Position numbers and translations under genes: made by a program
DNA from: Galbibacter sp.
GTDB lineage: Bacteria > Bacteroidota > Bacteroidia > Flavobacteriales > Flavobacteriaceae
Assembly (NCBI RefSeq): GCF_048266365.1
Contig: NZ_JBLWZP010000010.1
Coordinates: 50,459-114,458 of the forward strand
Direction of reading: 5' to 3'
Length of the DNA: 64,000 nt
Shown: positions 54,249-63,574 of the stretch, piece after piece
Layout of the letters: each line of letters begins with the position of its first letter
How positions within the stretch are numbered: the stretch's first letter is position 1
Notes under the pieces: model-generated
What the model saw: only the letters and a program-made list of their open reading frames with translations
Databases searched by the model: none
What the model was told of the DNA's origin: nothing

Positions 54249-56297
54249 ATGAAGAAATTCTTGGATAATCTTTATAAAAATCAATCCCTTATTTACAAAG
54301 GTTTTCTCTTTATTTTGACCACAGCCTTGGTGGTGTATATGTTTCCCAAAGGTGGGAAGTTTAAATACGACTTCCACAAGGGGAAGCTATGGCAATATGA
54401 AACCTTGTATGCTCCTTTTGATTTTGCAATTCACAAAACGGATGAGGAAATAAAGCAAAACAAAGACGAAATAAAAGCCAATCATCCGGATTATTTTAAA
54501 TATGATACTGCTATTCGGGATTTGGTATATAATGGTTATGAGGAGAAATTCAACACCTATTTTACCACTGAGGAATTTAGTAATGCAACCCGAAAAAAGA
54601 TATACTCTAATGGATTGGAGTTGTTAAACCGCATCTATGAAAAAGGTGTGGTTCAAAACACGGATCAATACAAGGGTGATGTTCTGGTCAATGTGGTTCG
54701 GGGTAATCAAGAACAAGCCATTCTCTACGGAAGCTTGGTTAAGCTCAATCAACTGGATAGAATGATTTCTGGTTTTTTAACCGAAAGGAATCTTCAGGGT
54801 GAAGATGAATTGCTGAAGAGCCTATATTTTGATATCATTCAACCAAATGTCATTTACGATGAGGGTTTGACAAAAATGACCTTAGAACGAGAGTTGGCTA
54901 AGGTAACCACTACTAGAGGTAGTGTTGGTAAGGGCAAGCGTATTGTAGCTAAAGGAGAAGTAGTAGAAGGGGAGAAGTATACCATATTGTACTCCCTACA
55001 GAAGGAGTACCAATCCAAATTGTGGAATGAGAACAATTACAATTGGATCCTGTTGGGCTACATCATCCTAGTGGGGCTTACCCTGCTTATGCTACTATTG
55101 TTTTTGAAAAAATACAGACCCGAGGTCTTTGTCAATAATAACAAGGTCACTTTTATTTTCTTTAATGTTCTGGTGATGATTTTCTTGACCACTACGGTTG
55201 TCAAGTTTAATTCGCACTATGTGTATGTGGTGCCTATGTGTATAATGCCTTTGATTCTAAAGGCGTTTTTCGACCCAAGGTTGGGGTTGTTTACTCATGT
55301 TTTAACGGTGCTGATATTAGGTTTTATTGTACCCAATAGTTTTGAGTATGTGTTTTTGCAAACAATAGCGGGTATCGTAACCATTCAGACGATCTCCGAA
55401 CTACATAAGCGGGCGAATCTCTTTATTTCGGTAGGGCAGATCACTTTGGTCTACATCATTGCTTATTTCGCGTTTTACGTAATTCATGAAGGGAACTTCA
55501 ACAATATGGATTGGGTGAACTTTGGACTATTTATATTAAATGGTTTGGCAACCCTGGCAGCATTCCCATTGATCTATATTTACGAAAAGCTATTCTCTTT
55601 AGTTTCTGATGTGTCTCTTTTAGAGCTCTCCGATACCAATGCTAAATTATTAAAGGAATTGTCGGATAAAGCCCCAGGGACCTTTCATCATTCGTTACAG
55701 GTGGCTAATTTGGCTGAAGCGGCAGCAAATGAAATTGGAGCAAATTCCATGTTAGTTCGTGTGGGCGCTTTGTATCATGATATTGGGAAGATGAACAATC
55801 CTGCCTATTTTACTGAAAATCAAACTACGAGTGTAAATCCGCATAATGAGCTTTCTGCAGAAGAAAGTTCCAGAATTATTATCGCCCATGTTATAGAAGG
55901 AATTGAGATGGCTAAAAAGAATAATATTCCTGATAGAGTAATCGATTTTATAAGAACGCATCACGGGACTTCACTGGTGTATTATTTTTATAAACAGGCG
56001 ATGAATTTAGATGAAAATGTCGACAATGCAGATTTTCAATATCCAGGGCCGATCCCATTTTCAAAAGAAACGGCAATCTTGATGATGGCGGATTCTGTAG
56101 AGGCAGCTTCAAAGAGTTTAAAAAACCCTACTTTTACTATGATCAGTTCCTTTGTTGAGAAGATCATAAGTAAACAAATTGAAGAGGGACAGTTCCTGAA
56201 TGCTAACATTACTTTTAAGGAAATAGAGCAGATAAAAAAGGTGTTGAAGCGTAAATTGACCAATATATATCACCTGAGAATAGAATATCCAGAATAG
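54249..56297 (+). CDS. 7TM-receptor-HD (HDIG) phosphohydrolase, PgpH/YqfF-like
   Basis: 682 aa. Extracytoplasmic N-domain, 7 TM helices, HD domain HHSLQVANLAE...GALYHDIGK...RTHHG. Confidence 0.85.
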   Translation: MKKFLDNLYKNQSLIYKGFLFILTTALVVYMFPKGGKFKYDFHKGKLWQYETLYAPFDFAIHKTDEEIKQNKDEIKANHPDYFKYDTAIRDLVYNGYEEKFNTYFTTEEFSNATRKKIYSNGLELLNRIYEKGVVQNTDQYKGDVLVNVVRGNQEQAILYGSLVKLNQLDRMISGFLTERNLQGEDELLKSLYFDIIQPNVIYDEGLTKMTLERELAKVTTTRGSVGKGKRIVAKGEVVEGEKYTILYSLQKEYQSKLWNENNYNWILLGYIILVGLTLLMLLLFLKKYRPEVFVNNNKVTFIFFNVLVMIFLTTTVVKFNSHYVYVVPMCIMPLILKAFFDPRLGLFTHVLTVLILGFIVPNSFEYVFLQTIAGIVTIQTISELHKRANLFISVGQITLVYIIAYFAFYVIHEGNFNNMDWVNFGLFILNGLATLAAFPLIYIYEKLFSLVSDVSLLELSDTNAKLLKELSDKAPGTFHHSLQVANLAEAAANEIGANSMLVRVGALYHDIGKMNNPAYFTENQTTSVNPHNELSAEESSRIIIAHVIEGIEMAKKNNIPDRVIDFIRTHHGTSLVYYFYKQAMNLDENVDNADFQYPGPIPFSKETAILMMADSVEAASKSLKNPTFTMISSFVEKIISKQIEEGQFLNANITFKEIEQIKKVLKRKLTNIYHLRIEYPE

Positions 56298-56354
56298 TAT
56301 TTCATTGGTTGTTAGGACGCTATTTAAAAGCGGTAAAAATATTCATGAAAATAG

Positions 56355-56396
56355 TTGTTTTAATCTAATTGAACTACTACATTTGCAACCGCAATT
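56355..56396 (+). promoter_or_regulatory. candidate Bacteroidota-type promoter for tRNA-Ser/tRNA-Pro
   Basis: TTG at 56355 and TACATTTG (TAnnTTTG) at 56378..56385, extended by TTTGCAACCGCAATT. Lies 49 nt upstream of tRNA-Ser. Confidence 0.35.
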
Positions 56397-56433
56397 TCAA
56401 AGTTGTATGTTCATAATGATATAAGAGAATAAA

Positions 56434-56517
56434 GGAGAGGTGCCAGAGTGGTAATGGAGCAGATTGCTAATCTGTCAACGCGTAAGTGTTGCCAGGGTTC
56501 GAATCCCTGTCTCTCCG
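56434..56517 (+). tRNA. tRNA-Ser (anticodon GCT)
   Basis: 84 nt, type II with a long variable arm. Acceptor GGAGAGG/TCTCTCC, anticodon loop TTGCTAA, T-arm CAGGG-TTCGAAT-CCCTG. Confidence 0.88.
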
Positions 56518-56544
56518 CTTTTCTTTCTTCATGAATATAATTTT

Positions 56545-56619
56545 CGGGGTGTAGCGTAGCCCGGTTATCGCGCCGCGTTTGGGACGCGGAGGTCGCAGGT
56601 TCGAATCCTGCCACCCCGA
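56545..56619 (+). tRNA. tRNA-Pro (anticodon TGG)
   Basis: 75 nt. Acceptor CGGGGTG/CACCCCG, anticodon stem-loop CCGCG-TTTGGGA-CGCGG, T-arm GCAGG-TTCGAAT-CCTGC. Confidence 0.9.
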
Positions 56620-56643
56620 CAAATTATAGTATCAATCTATAAC

Positions 56644-56686
56644 AAAAACCTGTTAATCGTATGATTTACAGGTTTTTCTGTTTTTA
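56644..56686 (+). terminator. hairpin terminator after tRNA-Pro
   Basis: AAAAACCTGT-N14-ACAGGTTTTT followed by CTGTTTTT. Confidence 0.5.
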
Positions 56687-56873
56687 AGAATATCATAAGA
56701 ATTGATATGTTTTGATTAAAAACGTCAACAAATCGGATAACAATTTGAAAAATCAAAAAGTGTTGACCAGATTTGTAGCTAACTGTCTGCTAATCGATAA
56801 ATAAATGTATCTTTATAAGTGATTTGACTTTCGTCTGATAACAACGAATTATTGTTAACTAAAAGACGAAATA

Positions 56874-58139
56874 ATGAAAACATCTTCCACCTTCAGTATT
56901 TTGTTCTGGGCGGACTTCTCCAGGGCAAAAAATGACCAAGCATCAATTTACGCAAGAATTACGGTAAATGGTAAACGGGCTACCATCAGTTTAAAACGAA
57001 AAGTTTTAGTTTCTGATTGGGATGTCCATAAAAACAGGGCTCGTGGAACTAACCAAAAATCAAGAATCTTGAACAGTTATTTGGATGAAACTTACAATCA
57101 TCTTTTTAAATGTTATCGCGATTTAATGAACGAGCATAAATTGATTACTGCACAAGTTGTTAAGGCTCGATACTTTGGTAATGACGAAAATAATCGTTCC
57201 ATTACTGATATTATCAATTACCATAATGAAGATATGGTAAACAAATTAAAGTGGGGAACACAAAAAAATTACTACACTACACAAAGTTATATCTCAAAAT
57301 TTTTATCGAAATTCTATAAGACCACAGACCTTTACTTACGGGAACTCGATTATCACTTTATCATAAAATTCGAGAAATATCTTCGAGGTTATGTACCCGA
57401 AGACCATCAAAAACCAATGGGCAATAATACCGTGATGAAGCACATAGAACGGTTTAGGAAACTGATAAATCTATCACATAAGTTGGGCTGGATAGAACGC
57501 GACCCTTTTATCAATTTCAAAGCTAAATTCATTAAAAATGAAAGAGGCTTTTTAAGCCTCGAAGAACTTCAAGAGATAGAAAACAAACAATTTAGCATTC
57601 ACAGATTGGAATTGGTTAAGGATTTGTTTGTTTTTAGTTGCTATACCAGTTTAAGCTATATTGATGTCATTCATTTAACTGCGGATAATATCTGTATTGG
57701 CATCGATGGCGAACTTTGGATTTATTACAAACGAGAAAAGACGACAAAGCCTATAAGAATACCTTTGTTACCAAAAGCGATGCAAATTGTTGAAAAATAC
57801 AAGAGCAACCGTAAATCAATATCACAAGGAAGTATATTTCCTAAAATCTCAAATCAAAAACTAAACTCTTATTTAAAGGAAATTGCGGATGTCTGCGGTA
57901 TTAAGAAGAACCTTACTTTCCACATTGCCAGACATACGTTTGCTACAACGGTAACATTGAGTAACGGGATGCCCATAGAGACGGTTTCAAAATTGTTAGG
58001 TCACTCCCGAATATCCACTACCCAAATTTATGCAAAGGTCATTGAACGCAAAGTGAGTGATGATATGCAAAAATTAAGGTACCAATTCAATGAGATAGAA
58101 AATGAATCTATCTCTAAAGTGGTTTCTCAAAATTCATAA
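56874..58139 (+). CDS. site-specific tyrosine recombinase (CTn/phage integrase family)
   Basis: 421 aa. N-terminal Arm/SAM-like domains, catalytic HIARHTFATT (HxxR) and LGHSRISTTQIYAKV (Tyr). Confidence 0.9.
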   Translation: MKTSSTFSILFWADFSRAKNDQASIYARITVNGKRATISLKRKVLVSDWDVHKNRARGTNQKSRILNSYLDETYNHLFKCYRDLMNEHKLITAQVVKARYFGNDENNRSITDIINYHNEDMVNKLKWGTQKNYYTTQSYISKFLSKFYKTTDLYLRELDYHFIIKFEKYLRGYVPEDHQKPMGNNTVMKHIERFRKLINLSHKLGWIERDPFINFKAKFIKNERGFLSLEELQEIENKQFSIHRLELVKDLFVFSCYTSLSYIDVIHLTADNICIGIDGELWIYYKREKTTKPIRIPLLPKAMQIVEKYKSNRKSISQGSIFPKISNQKLNSYLKEIADVCGIKKNLTFHIARHTFATTVTLSNGMPIETVSKLLGHSRISTTQIYAKVIERKVSDDMQKLRYQFNEIENESISKVVSQNS

Positions 58140-58161
58140 TCCCCACTTAATTAAAAATACA

Positions 58162-58686
58162 ATGGAATTATCTATAATAAAAAATAAAATCCATAATATT
58201 CAAGGAAACAAAGTAATTCTTGATTTTGACCTCGCAGAACTTTATGAAGTAGAAACCAGAGTGCTTAAACAAGCCGTTAGACGTAACCTTAAACGTTTTC
58301 CAGATGATTTTATGTTTCAGCTTTCAAAGGACGAGTGGAAAGAGGTTATCACAAATTGTGATAACCTTCCAGAGAATATCAAATTTAGCCCGACTGCTCC
58401 TTTTGCCTTTACTGAACAAGGTGTAGCAATGCTTTCCAGCGTACTTAACAGCGACAAGGCCATTGACGTAAATATATCTATTATGCGTGCATTTGTAGCG
58501 TTACGGCAGCATCTTACAGATTATAGCAACCTTAAAGAACATATAGCCCAACTTGAAAAAGAAATGAATATCAAATTTAAGGACATTCATCAGGCATTGA
58601 ATTATTTATTGCAAAAAGACAAAGTGCAGATTGACCAGCAAAACAGGGAACGAATTGGTTTTAAAACGGATAGGAAAGATTATTAA
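58162..58686 (+). CDS. ORF6N (KilA-N-like) domain DNA-binding protein
   Basis: Start placed at ATG 58162. IRGQKVILD-like motif (IQGNKVILDFDLAELYEVETRVLKQAVRRNLKRFPDDFMFQL) typical of ORF6N. Confidence 0.75.
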   Translation: MELSIIKNKIHNIQGNKVILDFDLAELYEVETRVLKQAVRRNLKRFPDDFMFQLSKDEWKEVITNCDNLPENIKFSPTAPFAFTEQGVAMLSSVLNSDKAIDVNISIMRAFVALRQHLTDYSNLKEHIAQLEKEMNIKFKDIHQALNYLLQKDKVQIDQQNRERIGFKTDRKDY

Positions 58687-58738
58687 ATTTTTCTTCGGTC
58701 ATCAGAATAGACAATTTTTATTGATATATTTATTTTTA

Positions 58739-59623
58739 TTAATTCGGTTCAATATGAATTAGTACGTGTCCTAAATTCGGTATTTCTTTTCGTAAATGGT
58801 CTTTTAACTTATGAGCAATGTCGTGACCAGATTTTACCGAAATTTCACTATTCACAATTGCGTGTAAATCCACGTGGAATTTCATTCCGGATTTTCTAAT
58901 AAAACATTTCTCTGTTCCTAAAACACCTTGAACTTCTGTTGATTTTTCTCTAATTTCAATTATCAGTTCGTCATAAAGTTGTTCGTCCATAACTTCTCCT
59001 AAAGCTGGACGTAATATTAAATAACTATTATATAAAATAAACGCTGAAGCGAATAATGCAGCCCAATCATCTGCTGTTTCATAACCTTTTCCATATATGA
59101 TTGCTATCGAAATACCGATAAAGGCCATTACCGAAGTTACGGCATCACTTCTATGATGCCAAGCATCTGCTTTTAATGATGAACTATTTGTTTGTTTACT
59201 TTTTTTAATTACAATTTGAAATGAGATTTCTTTCCAAGCTATTATTAGACCTAGCACAATCAAAGTCCAAGATTTCGGGATTTTATGAGGTGTTTGAATG
59301 TTTTGAATACTTTCATAGGCGATTATTGTGGCAGAAACAACAAGGAATGTAACAACTCCAAAGGTAATTAATGGCTCAATTTTACCGTGTCCATAGGGAT
59401 GATTTTCGTCCGCTGGTCGTTTTGCATATTTAAAACCTAATAAAACTAAAAATGAAGCAAAAATATCCGTTGTCGATTCAATCGCATCTGCAATTAAAGC
59501 ATAAGAATTTCCAAAAAATCCCGCAAGTCCTTTAATTAAGGCTAAAGCAGTATTCCCAATTATGCTGAAATAAGTTGTTCGTATTGCGGTTTGTTCGTTA
59601 TTCATTCTAATTTTAGTTGTCAA
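58739..59623 (-). CDS. cation diffusion facilitator (CDF) family divalent-metal efflux transporter
   Basis: 294 aa. 6 TM helices, ALIADAIES..D and HHRSDA metal-site motifs, C-terminal cytoplasmic domain. Confidence 0.9.
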   Translation of the reverse strand: MTTKIRMNNEQTAIRTTYFSIIGNTALALIKGLAGFFGNSYALIADAIESTTDIFASFLVLLGFKYAKRPADENHPYGHGKIEPLITFGVVTFLVVSATIIAYESIQNIQTPHKIPKSWTLIVLGLIIAWKEISFQIVIKKSKQTNSSSLKADAWHHRSDAVTSVMAFIGISIAIIYGKGYETADDWAALFASAFILYNSYLILRPALGEVMDEQLYDELIIEIREKSTEVQGVLGTEKCFIRKSGMKFHVDLHAIVNSEISVKSGHDIAHKLKDHLRKEIPNLGHVLIHIEPN

Positions 59624-59663
59624 TAGATTTGTTATATTTATAACAAAGGTACTTTTTTAATCA

Positions 59664-59690
59664 TAAAAAAAGAGGTGATAAACACCTCTT
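59664..59690 (-). terminator. terminator at the end of the tra operon
   Basis: On the minus strand, AGAGGTG-TTTAT-CACCTCT is followed by T7. Overlaps the traN stop codon. Confidence 0.5.
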
Positions 59691-60489
59691 AAATTTTGGT
59701 TTCCAAAATCATTTTCCTGCTCCCTTTTAGCTCCTTCAGCTCCAGCATTAACTTTTCGTTGTCTCCTAAAACAAACTTTGGAACTACATACACAAAGCAT
59801 TGACTTTCTCCATCAGTAATGGAATATGGCATTTTGTGTTTGTATATCACTTCTTGCTGCAATCTTTGATAAGAGGCTTTACGTTTTTTGTTTCCGTTGG
59901 TTCTATATACGTTGAGATAGTCGATTTCAAAATCGATTCCGGACTTGTTTTTAACTTCAATGACCAAATACACTTCAGAAGCATCGTATGCCATTTTTTG
60001 CAATTGTACTTTGATGCCTTTTTTGCGTTTGGTTTCAATACTCTCAAAGTTGGATTTTAATAAATACTCGCTGAATTTTTGAAAATGGGTTATTCTATTT
60101 GTGTATTCGTTCAACGCTTTAACTTCGGGCTTCTGCTTAATCTTTATTGGAAGCTCGCTACCAATGCTTTCATTTTCGTTGATAAAATAATTCAGTTCTG
60201 GAAGTTTTTCAGAATACTTCAGAATATAAGAATAAACGCTACCATCACTTGTAACGGTCAAAAGGTTGCTTTCAGTTCCAGGCTTCGCCTGTAACAATCC
60301 AAAATACTGCTCTTTTTCACGATTATAGGTGAATACAAAATGGGAAGCTCCGGTAATTCCCTGTCGTATTGGATTGGGAAAAAATAGGGCGACATTTTTC
60401 TTGTCGTTGGCATAAATGGTATCGAGGGGTTGTTGTGCAACTATTGACATTGTACAAATAAATAGTAGTAATGTGACATATGTCTTCAT
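59689..60489 (-). CDS. traN: conjugative transposon protein TraN (DUF4138-like)
   Basis: 266 aa with a signal peptide. NLLTVTSDGSVYSYILKY motif and position after traM. Confidence 0.75.
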   Translation of the reverse strand: MKTYVTLLLFICTMSIVAQQPLDTIYANDKKNVALFFPNPIRQGITGASHFVFTYNREKEQYFGLLQAKPGTESNLLTVTSDGSVYSYILKYSEKLPELNYFINENESIGSELPIKIKQKPEVKALNEYTNRITHFQKFSEYLLKSNFESIETKRKKGIKVQLQKMAYDASEVYLVIEVKNKSGIDFEIDYLNVYRTNGNKKRKASYQRLQQEVIYKHKMPYSITDGESQCFVYVVPKFVLGDNEKLMLELKELKGSRKMILETKI

Positions 60490-60499
60490 AATAATAAGT

Positions 60500-61477
60500 T
60501 TAGTAATTGCCCATTATTGGCTTACCTTGATATTTGGTTTTAGGAAGCCTTAAAATGAGTTTGTAATTGTCGGTTATTGTAACCTTTACGTTTTTATGGT
60601 TGCGTTGGAAAATTTTCTTGAAACCGCTTACTTGTGGAACACCGGTAATGTTGATGTCGTCCACCATATCTCCAACGATTTCATTGGTAACTTCGGCTCT
60701 AAAACTGTTTTCGATATAAATGCCTTCGCTATCATCTTGAAAGTCATAGGCTTTCAATTTTACTGGCTGATGATTGATGTTCTCAATGTCTATGATTGTG
60801 CGATTGGGTTTAAAATCGACAAATCCGTAAATGGGCGTGTTTTTGGAATAGCGTTGTCCGTAAACGGTAGCGTCCTTTAGCAACCGCATTTGTAAACGAT
60901 AATTAGTTTTAACCGTCTGTGTGCCATCAACCCGAACATATATAAATTCATCGGTGTTCTTTGAGTTCAAATCATCATTTTCAATGGGATGCGAGGCAAA
61001 AAAGAGTTGATGCTCCAAAGCACGTTCTTTGGCTTCGACATTCGTTTCTTTTTCTACAATGGCATCCGTTGTGTCTTTTTCCTTCTTAATAGATGGTTTT
61101 GATGGTTTGTATCTGGGATTGATATTTTCAAACGTTCTATCTGAATATCGAATCTGTCCTTGCTGGTAGATGCTATCTACCATCTGCATTTTTTTCTTGT
61201 CCAATAAATCAGGGTCATACACGCCTGTGGAATCCAACAGCCGTTCATCATAAATACTTGGTGCATTGGTCTCCCTCACTTCCTTTAAATCGTTTAAGGC
61301 ATCCAATTTGGAATCGTATTCCTTTTGGTCGTCTTCCAGTTTCGGTACGGGAATTTGATTGTTCTCTATGGTCGGTTCTTCGTCTTCTCCTAATACTAAC
61401 ATTGCATAACCACCTATAAAAAGCAGTATGCATACCAGCACGATGGAAAAGACTATTTTATTTTTTTCTACTTTCAT
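60500..61477 (-). CDS. traM: conjugative transposon protein TraM
   Basis: 325 aa. N-terminal TM helix, charged linker, C-terminal beta-rich domain. Position between traK and traN. Confidence 0.72.
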   Translation of the reverse strand: MKVEKNKIVFSIVLVCILLFIGGYAMLVLGEDEEPTIENNQIPVPKLEDDQKEYDSKLDALNDLKEVRETNAPSIYDERLLDSTGVYDPDLLDKKKMQMVDSIYQQGQIRYSDRTFENINPRYKPSKPSIKKEKDTTDAIVEKETNVEAKERALEHQLFFASHPIENDDLNSKNTDEFIYVRVDGTQTVKTNYRLQMRLLKDATVYGQRYSKNTPIYGFVDFKPNRTIIDIENINHQPVKLKAYDFQDDSEGIYIENSFRAEVTNEIVGDMVDDINITGVPQVSGFKKIFQRNHKNVKVTITDNYKLILRLPKTKYQGKPIMGNY

Positions 61478-61499
61478 TGTATCTGTTTTTTAATATCCT

Positions 61500-62120
61500 T
61501 TATGGGCTTTCATAATTTTCTAATTTTCGTAATGTGTTTTCAAAAAAGTTGGTAATCAACAATCCGTGGGTATTATTAGGAAAGTTCCTGTCAACGTGAA
61601 TCAAATTTCCTGTTGTGGTCAATTCATAAGTGTCGGTTACCGACCCTCGGTTGATTTCAAAAATGGTTTTCGTTTCAAATTTGTAGGGCTCGTTTTGAAT
61701 ATCAACTTTGGATTCGATATTCAATACTTTTTGAACCAGCGAATATTGCAACAAACGGTTATAAACACCATCGGCTTTTTTCTGTCGGTACAAAGCATCT
61801 ACTGAACTATTGCCCAACCAGAGGGCTTTTTCCAAATTCTTTTCATAATTGCTGGCATCTATGTTATAGAAATAGGTATGGAATAATTCCAATTGTGCCA
61901 AGACTTCAACTTTTAAATTCTCCTGTTGAGATACCAGTTTGAGCGGAATAACGCTTCCATCCGTATTTACCACAAAGGCATTGTTAACCGTTTCTTTATG
62001 TAGTTTTATGACCATCAAAACGGAAATGATGCACGTGAGTACTGCTCCGATAACAACCGTTAATACGATAAAGCGATTGAGTTTTAAGATGTTATAAATG
62101 TTTTTATATGGTGTTTTCAT
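61500..62120 (-). CDS. traK: conjugative transposon protein TraK
   Basis: 206 aa. N-terminal TM helix, VVNTDGSVIPL motif, size typical of Bacteroidota TraK. Confidence 0.82.
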   Translation of the reverse strand: MKTPYKNIYNILKLNRFIVLTVVIGAVLTCIISVLMVIKLHKETVNNAFVVNTDGSVIPLKLVSQQENLKVEVLAQLELFHTYFYNIDASNYEKNLEKALWLGNSSVDALYRQKKADGVYNRLLQYSLVQKVLNIESKVDIQNEPYKFETKTIFEINRGSVTDTYELTTTGNLIHVDRNFPNNTHGLLITNFFENTLRKLENYESP

Positions 62121-62142
62121 TTAATTATTGATTTATGCTTTA

Positions 62143-62982
62143 TCAGCCTGTAAAGAGCCTGAAAGTGAACGAAGTCGCCCGTTTGTACAGTTTGAATTTC
62201 AGCAGCACAATAAATCCAATAGACCCTAATTGTAAAAGCGGTGCGAAAAAATTACTGCCCCAATCTGTACCAAATAAATCGCTCCAGAAATTGGTGTTGA
62301 TTTCGGTATAAAGATTATTCACGAAAATATTGACCAGAAAGAAGGCAGGCACTAACATATATACACCAGCGTAAAGTTTGAAAAAGTTGTAGGCCAACGA
62401 CCTGAATTTTTCAAAAACCGCCAAGCTGATGACCAAAGGGAAAAAGGCTTGCATTATGCCCAGCAAAAAGAATCGCTCTGCAAGGAATAATGGGTAGATA
62501 AACAAATCCAAAAGCCACAGAAATATTCCGACAATAAAGGATAGTATCTTTAAACCATATAAAGGTGTAACCAGTGCTTCGTAGAGCATTGCCATTGCTT
62601 TAGTGGCGGCATCCCAAGCACTTACATCCTGTTCGATGTCAATATCTTGCATCTGCAACGGAAGAAGTGCGGGTGCCGTGTCCCGATATTGGTTTTCAAT
62701 GGCCACCAAAATAGTGTCGAAAACACCCAATACCTGTGTGGAAAAAATCACTAAAATTACTATTGCAAAGTTTTTGGCCAACTCCGCAGGTGTTAATCCC
62801 CAAGTGTAGCCCTCATTGTTGGCAACGCCTTCATTGTATTTTTTTAGGATGTTGATGAGAAAGAACAATATGGCAAGGGTCTTCATCCCCGCAATAGTGT
62901 ATTGCGAGAAATCACTATTTTTTATCGTTTGAAAAATAGTGTCCACATATTCTAACCCTATGCCTAAAAAAATACCTGACAT
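62143..62982 (-). CDS. traJ: conjugative transposon protein TraJ (VirB6-like polytopic membrane protein)
   Basis: 279 aa with about 6 TM helices. Its start overlaps the upstream stop (TAATG). Confidence 0.78.
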   Translation of the reverse strand: MSGIFLGIGLEYVDTIFQTIKNSDFSQYTIAGMKTLAILFFLINILKKYNEGVANNEGYTWGLTPAELAKNFAIVILVIFSTQVLGVFDTILVAIENQYRDTAPALLPLQMQDIDIEQDVSAWDAATKAMAMLYEALVTPLYGLKILSFIVGIFLWLLDLFIYPLFLAERFFLLGIMQAFFPLVISLAVFEKFRSLAYNFFKLYAGVYMLVPAFFLVNIFVNNLYTEINTNFWSDLFGTDWGSNFFAPLLQLGSIGFIVLLKFKLYKRATSFTFRLFTG

Positions 62983-63563
62983 TAGTAATTGGTTTCTCGA
63001 TTATTGATTTTGTGCTGCATTTCCCGAAATTGAATAATCTCCCGATAGCGTCTGGTTTTCGCCTCAATTTCCGCTACCATTTCCTTGGATTCCAATTCCT
63101 TTTCTTTGAGTACTTCGGCTCGTTCGGCATCGGTCATCTTCATATTGTCGCTGGACAGGATTTGGTCGATATATTCCATACCTGCCATAGAATTTTCAAG
63201 GATGGCATCAAAAGAACCTGAAATACGAGTTACTTCATCTGGTTTGATAAAAGGGGAATTGAGTATTTCCCGTAAATCATCTTGAACCACATCATACAAG
63301 CGTTGGTTATTTCTTGCCAATTCCCTGACCGCTTTAAGTTGTTTGATGACATCGTTGACCTTATCGATATTTTCCTTTTGCGTTTTAAGGAATTTTACCG
63401 TCTTCATTAAATTGGCGGTCTGTTTACCGGATTCCAACAATGATTTTACAAAAGAGATAAAGTTTGTGTTGTCATACACAGGCATCCCCTGGGCCGAAGC
63501 GTTACTTCCAATTAGCACTATAAATAGTGCGGATAACATTAGCTTTTTAATTGTCTGTCTCAT
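62982..63563 (-). CDS. TraI-like conjugative transposon protein (DUF4141 / TrbJ-VirB5-like)
   Basis: 193 aa. Signal peptide then GMPVYDNTNFISFVKSL, helical/coiled remainder. Position between traG and traJ. The family name is from memory. Confidence 0.55.
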   Translation of the reverse strand: MRQTIKKLMLSALFIVLIGSNASAQGMPVYDNTNFISFVKSLLESGKQTANLMKTVKFLKTQKENIDKVNDVIKQLKAVRELARNNQRLYDVVQDDLREILNSPFIKPDEVTRISGSFDAILENSMAGMEYIDQILSSDNMKMTDAERAEVLKEKELESKEMVAEIEAKTRRYREIIQFREMQHKINNRETNY

Positions 63564-63574
63564 AATTTTTGTTT

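Noticed and set aside
56411-56614. 67-aa minus-strand ORF (MAGFEPATSASQTRRDN...).
   Set aside because: It lies entirely antisense to tRNA-Ser and tRNA-Pro. The GFEP/GFEPW peptides are the classic signature of translated tRNA T-arms.
58102-58161. Alternative start of the ORF6N gene that overlaps the integrase 3' end by 38 nt.
   Set aside because: The ORF6N domain begins at MELSIIKNKI (ATG 58162). The upstream 20 codons are just the open frame across the integrase stop.
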